From Pseudoalteromonas translucida KMM 520 (GTDB lineage Bacteria > Pseudomonadota > Gammaproteobacteria > Enterobacterales > Alteromonadaceae): a DNA stretch of 32,000 nucleotides. Shown piece after piece: positions 26,739 through 32,000 of the stretch. Below the pieces are notes generated by a model. The model worked only from the letters and a program-made list of their open reading frames with translations, was not told where the DNA came from and made no database searches. The stretch is taken from positions 2,250,001 through 2,282,000 of the forward strand of contig NZ_CP011034.1 of NCBI RefSeq assembly GCF_001465295.1, in the 5' to 3' direction. Position 1 is the stretch's first letter. Each line of letters starts with the position of its first letter. Both the position numbers and the translations under genes were made by a program.

Positions 26739-26889
26739 CCTACAACAAGCACCAACCCATATAAAACTCGCAGTCGATTTAATTATGCTACTAGAGCAAC
26801 ACGACGTTGCTCCTGATGAAGTACTTAAAGCACTCGAAATAGTAAAAATCGACTTTGAAAAAAAGCAGAATAACAGCAACGCATCTTAG
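26728..26889 (+). CDS. rsmS: RsmS / YbaM (DUF2496) small pleiotropic regulator
   Basis: IKLAVDLIMLLEQHDVAPDEVLKALEIVKIDFEKK closely matches my recollection of E. coli YbaM (VKLAVDLIVLLEE...VLRALDIVKRDYEKK). I prefer ATG 26728 (MSNNLQQ); the track start is 26707. It overlaps the comFB stop by 11 nt. Confidence 0.7.
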   Translation: MSNNLQQAPTHIKLAVDLIMLLEQHDVAPDEVLKALEIVKIDFEKKQNNSNAS

Positions 26890-27099
26890 TTACCTGCTTA
26901 TCGTTTTAATAGTTAACTTGAACTATGGTTAAGAGATTTTCAGTGAAAACAAGAAGAATTTACGCGTCAATAGCTGGCCTATTGCAAGTAAATTCAACGC
27001 AGTTAGCGCTGAAAATAGCTGCTCGAGATAGATTTATTATCCAATGTTCAGGTTAGTTAAGCTTTAGTTCCAATAGGGTAATAACCCCGTTGTGTTGCG

Positions 27100-27612
27100 T
27101 TACTTTTTCGCTTTAGCACTTAAATTATCAATCACATCCTGAGCACTATAGCTGTTATCGTTTGGTTTTATCCCTTTACCCATTTTGATATCAAGCAGCG
27201 TATGTACTTCTTTGCGACTATCGTGATTACTAATTTGCACACCCATTTCGTTCACTGGGCGGGTGCGTGTTTCACAGGTAAGCAAACCACAGCTGCGTTC
27301 AACCTGCTGGCCACGTGTTGCACTTACTGATGACGTCGGTGCGTGTGATTTAGATTCAACAAAGGTTTCTTTGTTAGTAACCACAAACCAATCATAACCT
27401 TGAGCTTGAGTTAGTTCAGCCGCTCTTAACAGTGCATAATCGCCAGCGTCAGCGACGCTGTTTGATATGCTTTTAAATTCAACACGATAGCGGTCATCAC
27501 TAATTTTTTGCTCGCTATAACCGGTTGAGCCTTTGTTAGCTGCGCGGTAATCGGGTTTTGATGCGCACCCTGCCAAGATTAAAATGCTCATTATTAATAA
27601 TGTTGTTTTCAT
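27100..27612 (-). CDS. Lipoprotein, possibly CC0125/CC1285-family-like
   Basis: MKTTLLIMSILILAGCAS lipobox. GYSEQKISDDRYRVEF..DYALLRAAELTQAQGYDWFVV resembles that lipoprotein family as I remember it. GAGG lies 7 nt before ATG 27612. The track's ATG 27624 overlaps the anti-sigma stop in TAATG. Confidence 0.65.
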   Translation of the reverse strand: MKTTLLIMSILILAGCASKPDYRAANKGSTGYSEQKISDDRYRVEFKSISNSVADAGDYALLRAAELTQAQGYDWFVVTNKETFVESKSHAPTSSVSATRGQQVERSCGLLTCETRTRPVNEMGVQISNHDSRKEVHTLLDIKMGKGIKPNDNSYSAQDVIDNLSAKAKK

Positions 27613-27623
27613 AAAATACCTCA

Positions 27624-28343
27624 TTAGTTATTTTTAATTTTCCATTGCTGAGCAATGGCTTGTTGTTCCTGGTTTGTGTTTAATGGCGCGCCGCTGATCA
27701 TTTGATCAATTACTTGCTCAAGCGGTTTATTGTTAGAAGCCGTTTGATATTGCGAACCATTGTCACTTTTCCCTTGTTGAAACTGCGCTTTTACTTGCCA
27801 GCCATCCGCTGTTTTACACGCAATAGCAACATTGCTTTTAGCCGCTGCAGCCACTTCATACTGCCGACAAAGCTCACCTTGTAGATTCGCAAAACTTAAA
27901 CTTGCTTTAAATGTTGTCCCATCGGCTTGGGTAACTTCATCAGTGCTCAACTGCGTATCTAACGCGGTTGCTATATGTTGTGCCACTAAGCTGGAATTAC
28001 TTTGCGTTTGAAAATAACTAGTAGTGCCCACACCAAACACAACTGCAATACTGGCGGCAATGGCGAGGTTTTTATTCGCTGCTTGCTTAACCCTTTGCCA
28101 TGCTGATAACTGCACTAGGTTATTGCTTTGTAGTTTAGCCACGGTTTTAGCCAGCGCCTCACTCAGTGGTTGCTGATCAATTAAACTCGCGTGCTGTTTA
28201 AGCAAAGCGTCCACTTCGCTTAATTCCGCTAATCGCATTACTAATTCGTCATCGGTTTCTAACGCTAAGCGTACTTGCTCCATCTCGTTTTCGGGTAACT
28301 CAGAATCTAAAAAGGCGCTAAGTGTTTCATCGGTAATTTTCAT
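27624..28343 (-). CDS. Anti-sigma factor (single-pass membrane protein, no Zn HxxxCxxC motif)
   Basis: The N-terminal helix bundle pattern LSAFLDSELPENEMEQV...DDELVMRLAEL is typical of ECF anti-sigma domains. One TM segment (LAIAASIAVVFGVGTTSYF) and a ~125-aa periplasmic C-terminus. AGGAG lies upstream, and the gene is 8 nt after the sigma gene. Confidence 0.65.
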   Translation of the reverse strand: MKITDETLSAFLDSELPENEMEQVRLALETDDELVMRLAELSEVDALLKQHASLIDQQPLSEALAKTVAKLQSNNLVQLSAWQRVKQAANKNLAIAASIAVVFGVGTTSYFQTQSNSSLVAQHIATALDTQLSTDEVTQADGTTFKASLSFANLQGELCRQYEVAAAAKSNVAIACKTADGWQVKAQFQQGKSDNGSQYQTASNNKPLEQVIDQMISGAPLNTNQEQQAIAQQWKIKNN

Positions 28344-28351
28344 GCTTGCTC

Positions 28352-28831
28352 CTAATTAAAGTCTGGTTTTATTAAACTATACAGTGCACTTCGAGCGCGC
28401 GACAGTTTACTCATCACACTGCCTATGGGTATATCAAGTACTTGTGCGACCTCTTTATATGCCATGCCTTGCACCGCTACTAAAGACACAATTGCGCGCT
28501 GTTCATCGGGGAGATCACCTAGTGCGCTGTTCACTTTTTCAAGCAATTGCTTTTGCTCTAAGGCACTGTGCTCATCTGTGCTTACAGGCTCTTGTAAATG
28601 CTCATTCTGTACTGCTTCTTGGCGTACTTTGCGAGAGCGATACTCATCTATCCATACATTACGGCAAACTTTAAACGCCCACTTTGCGGGTTCAACGTCC
28701 TCGGGAATGCCTTTAACTAATAATTTTTCAATTGTTATTTGCACTACATCGTCTGCATCTGCTTTACTACCCGTTAGCGAGTAGGCAAAACGTCTTAACA
28801 TGGGTAATAGTGTTTGTAGGTTTTTTTGCAT
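28352..28831 (-). CDS. ECF-type RNA polymerase sigma-70 family factor
   Basis: 159 aa. Region 2 (DADDVVQITIEKLL, KWAFKVCRNVWIDEYRSRK) and region 4 (LPDEQRAIVSLVAVQGMAYKEVAQVLDIPIGSVMSKLSRAR). Confidence 0.85.
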   Translation of the reverse strand: MQKNLQTLLPMLRRFAYSLTGSKADADDVVQITIEKLLVKGIPEDVEPAKWAFKVCRNVWIDEYRSRKVRQEAVQNEHLQEPVSTDEHSALEQKQLLEKVNSALGDLPDEQRAIVSLVAVQGMAYKEVAQVLDIPIGSVMSKLSRARSALYSLIKPDFN

Positions 28832-28906
28832 TTTTTACTCCTCTATTGAGAGAAGACGATTCAAATAAAAATTTATTCCAAAATAATTGAAATTAATTTT
28901 TGCCTC

Positions 28907-28935
28907 AAACGTTAACTTAGGGTCTGTGACCTTTC
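28907..28935 (-). promoter_or_regulatory. Candidate ECF-type promoter facing the sigma operon
   Basis: Minus strand: GAAAGG (28935-28930), 16 nt, then AACGTTT (28913-28907). Confidence 0.2.
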
Positions 28936-28958
28936 AGGATTAAAGTTTATTCAACCTC

Positions 28959-28986
28959 GAAAAATAAACAGATCCTATTAACGTTT
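28959..28986 (+). promoter_or_regulatory. Candidate ECF-type promoter facing the S8 peptidase gene
   Basis: Plus strand: GAAAAA (28959-28964), 15 nt, then AACGTTT (28980-28986), ending 24 nt before the ATG at 29011. Confidence 0.2.
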
Positions 28987-29010
28987 TAATTTATAAGAAG
29001 TAACTTTAGC

Positions 29011-30336
29011 ATGAAAATACCTTTCATAATTACAGCCTCTGTTTGTTTTTGTACCAGCTCGGTATTTGCAAACCTAGTACCGGTAGACCAAGCGCTCAAG
29101 CAATTAAACTCGATTGAGCAAAGAATTGAGTCAAGCATCAATCGCACTAAGCGCTTACCCGCACTGATCCCACAAACCTCGCTGGACGAACTAAAAGCAC
29201 AAGTAAACCAACCGTTGAGTAACTTACCCAGTGTAATTAATATAAGTATTAACAACCAACATAATATGTTTGTTGACGTAGAGGTAGAAGGTGGCTTTCG
29301 TGCTATTCAACACCAATGGTTATTAATGGCTAATGCCGAACAGCTCAGTGCGCTAAAAAAACACGATGTGACAATTATTTCAGTTAAAAACTACAGCTCT
29401 CTTAGAATGAGTTTAGTACGTTTTAATGTGGCCAAAAACATTGACTCCAAAGCACAATTAGTAAAAAAACTTAACTTAACTGACGCGGCCCTACTGGATC
29501 GAAACCATGTATATCAAGCACAAACATCAACGGCTGTATTAACGACAATCACCGCTCAAACGCCGCAGCCTTTTTGCCAATCTAGCGCCAAAATAGGTAT
29601 TATTGATAGTGCCATAAACAAGCAGCACCGCGCTTTTACTAACGCAAAAATTATTAATCGTAGCTTTTTACCCGATGAACTTAATTCCCCGATATTACAC
29701 GGTACTGCGATTGCGGGCTTATTAGTCGGTAGCAGCAATGAGCTCACTCCGCTATTAGGTAATGCATACTTATATAGCGCTGAGGTGTTTTATCGTCAGT
29801 CAGAGTTTGCACAAGGGGCGACATTATTTGCCATTGTTGAGGCGTTAGATTGGTTAGCGCATGAAAAAGTTAAGGTAATCAATATGAGCTTAACTGGGCC
29901 AGACAATGCTATTTTAAAAACCAGTATCGAAGCGGCGATAAAGCAAAATAGTCTTATCGTTGCCGCAGCAGGAAACGAAGGCCCTGCGGCTAAGCCGCTC
30001 TACCCTGCGGCGTATCATAGCGTTATTGCAGTTAGTGCTATCGATAACAATAACCAGCTTTATCGATGGTCTAATAATGGTGACTATATTGACTTTAGTG
30101 CACTGGGGGTAAATGTATTTACCGCTTTAGGCAATGGTGAATTTGGCAAGGAGTCGGGGACTTCAATGGCAGCCCCTCATGTGAGTGCTGCGCTGAGTTG
30201 CTTACTGGTAAAACATAAAAACAACAAAACCAAAGCGCTTGATGAACTAACCTCGCTTGCTCACGATCTCGGTGAGCAAGGTAAAGATAGTCGGTTTGGC
30301 TATGGGGCAATTTATCGCCCTAAAAGTGCACTTTAA
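29011..30336 (+). CDS. Secreted S8 (subtilisin-family) serine peptidase with a ~190-aa unassigned N-terminal region
   Basis: Signal peptide MKIPFIITASVCFCTSSVFA. Catalytic D (GIIDSAIN), H (HGTAIAGLL), oxyanion N (AAAGNEG) and S (GTSMAAPHVSAA) occur in the canonical order. Confidence 0.85.
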   Translation: MKIPFIITASVCFCTSSVFANLVPVDQALKQLNSIEQRIESSINRTKRLPALIPQTSLDELKAQVNQPLSNLPSVINISINNQHNMFVDVEVEGGFRAIQHQWLLMANAEQLSALKKHDVTIISVKNYSSLRMSLVRFNVAKNIDSKAQLVKKLNLTDAALLDRNHVYQAQTSTAVLTTITAQTPQPFCQSSAKIGIIDSAINKQHRAFTNAKIINRSFLPDELNSPILHGTAIAGLLVGSSNELTPLLGNAYLYSAEVFYRQSEFAQGATLFAIVEALDWLAHEKVKVINMSLTGPDNAILKTSIEAAIKQNSLIVAAAGNEGPAAKPLYPAAYHSVIAVSAIDNNNQLYRWSNNGDYIDFSALGVNVFTALGNGEFGKESGTSMAAPHVSAALSCLLVKHKNNKTKALDELTSLAHDLGEQGKDSRFGYGAIYRPKSAL

Positions 30337-31252
30337 TAGATGCAGAGACAATACTTTGCGTATAAGTGTTACTACTTTGCTTAGATTCATAGTCACCGTA
30401 CTCGGCTTCTGTGACTAACATTATATGTTTAAACAAGTCGAGATGCCAAAACACGTTAACAACATTTCTATGCTCATCGCGCGAAGGAATTGCCTCAAAT
30501 ACTTCATTACTCGTTTGCTCTTCGTAATTTTTATTTTGATAGCGCCAGCCCAAGCCCACTTTATTACTTAAATTAAGTGCGGTAAATTTGTGCGTTATTT
30601 TTGTGTTAAAGGTATAGCCGCTAAAATCGAATTGACTGTCTTGTGCATCCTCTTTATCAGCGGCTATTGATGCCATTAGCATGGTCTGTCCGTCGTTTAT
30701 AAAGTGATACAAGCCAATATCAGTCCCTACACCATCGGCATCACGCGCTGTTGCACTGGCAAAGCGTTTGGTTTTATTTTTCACACTCATTCTTAAGTAA
30801 GTTTGCGGTGATAAAAATCGCCCATAATAGGCACTTACTTGGTTAAAATGTAAAAAGGTATCGCCAGCCACATTGGCTTTAGCGCCATCGTAGCGTAGCC
30901 CTAGCTCATTACTATTAAAGCTATAGCTCCCATCTACCCCATATTGATGTAAGTCTAAATCGTACTGATCAAACTCGTCATAATTTTGCTGCTCAAAGCG
31001 ATAACTTGACGTTAGCTTTACAGCTTTAGACACTTGCCATTTTGCAGTCGCGCCAGTCGAAATTTTAACGCCGCTATCGCTTTTTGATGAAATATCATCG
31101 AGTTCTTGTACTGACAATGCCGAGTTATTTAATACTCCCACCGCAGCATCGGCGGATACATCAAAACTACTTTTTGGCGCTATGGCTGTTGTTTCAGCAA
31201 AGCTGGCTTGAGTGCTAAATACGCATAATGTGGCTGTAATAATTGCTTTCAT
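30320..31252 (-). CDS. Outer-membrane beta-barrel protein of unassigned family (possibly DUF560/Slam-like barrel without TPR)
   Basis: Signal peptide MKAIITATLCVFSTQASFA. Alternating amphipathic strands rich in Y/F/G/D, and a C-terminal ..SASIKVHF (terminal Phe). GGAG lies 7 nt before ATG 31252; the track start GTG 31267 is less likely. Confidence 0.6.
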   Translation of the reverse strand: MKAIITATLCVFSTQASFAETTAIAPKSSFDVSADAAVGVLNNSALSVQELDDISSKSDSGVKISTGATAKWQVSKAVKLTSSYRFEQQNYDEFDQYDLDLHQYGVDGSYSFNSNELGLRYDGAKANVAGDTFLHFNQVSAYYGRFLSPQTYLRMSVKNKTKRFASATARDADGVGTDIGLYHFINDGQTMLMASIAADKEDAQDSQFDFSGYTFNTKITHKFTALNLSNKVGLGWRYQNKNYEEQTSNEVFEAIPSRDEHRNVVNVFWHLDLFKHIMLVTEAEYGDYESKQSSNTYTQSIVSASIKVHF

Positions 31253-31267
31253 AGTGATCTCCAACAC

Positions 31268-31291
31268 GCCGAGTAGGTTGCCCTACTCGGC
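31268..31291 (-). other. GC-rich intercistronic hairpin between the low-complexity gene and the OMP gene
   Basis: GCCGAGTAGG (31268-31277) / CCTACTCGGC (31282-31291), 10-bp perfect stem with a 4-nt loop. It is not followed by a U-tract on the minus strand. Confidence 0.6.
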
Positions 31292-31303
31292 TTTAATAAT
31301 GTA

Positions 31304-32000
31304 TTAAAGGCCTAGGTCTAAATCGTTGGTAATATTAGTAACCACTTCGCTTGCTGTACTCAGTGCTACATCGTTACTTATTTGCTCTGACACCGCTGAG
31401 CTAACTTGCCCACTAACACTTTGCTGTACCGTAGCTTGCAACGAACTCACGGTACTGTCTTGTACACTGCTCATTAAAGACTGCTGAACGCTGCCTACAA
31501 CCTCATTGCTTGCGTCAATCCCATTGCCTAATTGCAGCGCAGAATTTACGGTATTTGTAAGTGTTAGCTGGTTTGTTAATTGTGCTGAATTAAGCGTATT
31601 TTCTGCTGCAGCTTGCGTTACTGCAGCTTTTGCATGACTAACATTTGATACCAGCGCGGTGTCTGGCGTTGTAGGTTTAACACCTTCAGCGTTTTCAGTC
31701 TGCGTTGATGTTACATTTAATAATGAAGATTGGCTCAGCCCACCGGTTAAATTAGCGGCTGAACTAGTTAGCTGTGCTGAGGTGTTTAACGCGGTGTTGG
31801 TCGTCGCATTTAATGAAACAGCCGATGAGCTGAATGAAGTGTTAAGCGCCGAGCTTGTAGCTGCAACCAGTGAATTTGCACTATTTTCGGTATCACTTTG
31901 CCCATCTGCTGTTGTAACTTCCGCGTTGTCAGCCGCTGCGGTTGTTTCTGACTTTGAAGCGGTTACGCTCGTCTCGTTCGATACGTTAGTGTCATTACTG
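31304..32000 (-). CDS. C-terminal 231 codons of a low-complexity Ser/Thr/Asn/Ala/Gln/Val-rich acidic protein (N-terminus right of the window)
   Basis: Hand translation is open from 31999 to the TAA at 31306-31304: SNDTNVSNETSVTASKSETTAAADNAEVTTADGQSD...VVGSVQQSLMSSVQDSTVSSLQATVQQSVSGQVSSAVSEQISNDVALSTASEVVTNITNDLDLGL*. It is not in the ORF track because it is truncated by the window edge. Confidence 0.6.
   Translation of the reverse strand, partial: SNDTNVSNETSVTASKSETTAAADNAEVTTADGQSDTENSANSLVAATSSALNTSFSSSAVSLNATTNTALNTSAQLTSSAANLTGGLSQSSLLNVTSTQTENAEGVKPTTPDTALVSNVSHAKAAVTQAAAENTLNSAQLTNQLTLTNTVNSALQLGNGIDASNEVVGSVQQSLMSSVQDSTVSSLQATVQQSVSGQVSSAVSEQISNDVALSTASEVVTNITNDLDLGL

Noticed and set aside
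26890-27099. Possible sRNA or terminator in the 210-bp convergent gap between rsmS and the lipoprotein gene
   Set aside because: Only short, weak stems are present (CAATAG/CTATTG near 26968-26984 and GGGT-tatt-ACCC near 27075-27088), with no convincing U-tracts. The evidence is insufficient to call a feature.
29011-31252. S8 peptidase plus 310-aa barrel as a split subtilisin-type autotransporter
   Set aside because: The two genes are on opposite strands and convergent, so they cannot be a recently split single ORF. The barrel has its own signal peptide and RBS and is co-transcribed with a different upstream gene.
1-32000. CRISPR arrays, IS elements, integrases, prophage or defence-island signatures, tRNA and rRNA genes
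   Set aside because: I found no regularly spaced direct repeats, no transposase, integrase or recombinase-like ORFs, no terminal inverted repeats flanking a gene block, and no GC-rich cloverleaf-sized segments in the intergenic regions. The only long repeat is the paralogous receptor 5' block.

Overview
The window reads as an AT-rich chromosomal segment of a marine gammaproteobacterium. Gene content, E. coli-like micro-synteny (syd/queF, ybaM/priC) and the conserved TonB-receptor leader peptides suggest Alteromonadales, probably Pseudoalteromonas; this taxonomic call is inference only. Most of it is core genome. From left to right: a GNAT acetyltransferase (partial), DUF2789, a small ORF plus a DUF2310-like Zn-ribbon protein, syd<>queF, a cyclophilin lipoprotein, tamA-tamB, rraB, radD, a TonB-dependent receptor, a 790-bp non-coding gap, a SAM methyltransferase, a second TonB-dependent receptor, polB<>dinG-TSUP-priC, comFB-rsmS. 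The right-hand ~5 kb is the least explained part. It holds an ECF sigma/anti-sigma/lipoprotein operon, divergent from a secreted S8 subtilase. The subtilase converges on, and overlaps, an orphan beta-barrel outer-membrane gene. That gene is preceded by a Cys-free, Ser/Thr/Asn/Ala-rich low-complexity protein that runs off the window. I saw no rRNA, tRNA, CRISPR array, transposase, integrase or recognisable defence or toxin genes. The best candidate for an undescribed system is the ECF/S8/OMP/low-complexity module at 27.1-32.0 kb, and I cannot assign it a function from sequence alone. Other points worth a second look:
- a near-consensus LexA box shared by polB and dinG;
- a frameshifted start in the GNAT gene;
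- about 88% identical 5' ends in two otherwise diverged TonB receptors;
- a methyltransferase that starts 11 nt after an intrinsic terminator;
- a comFB-rsmS overlap.
All family calls come from remembered motifs and homologues, not from searches.
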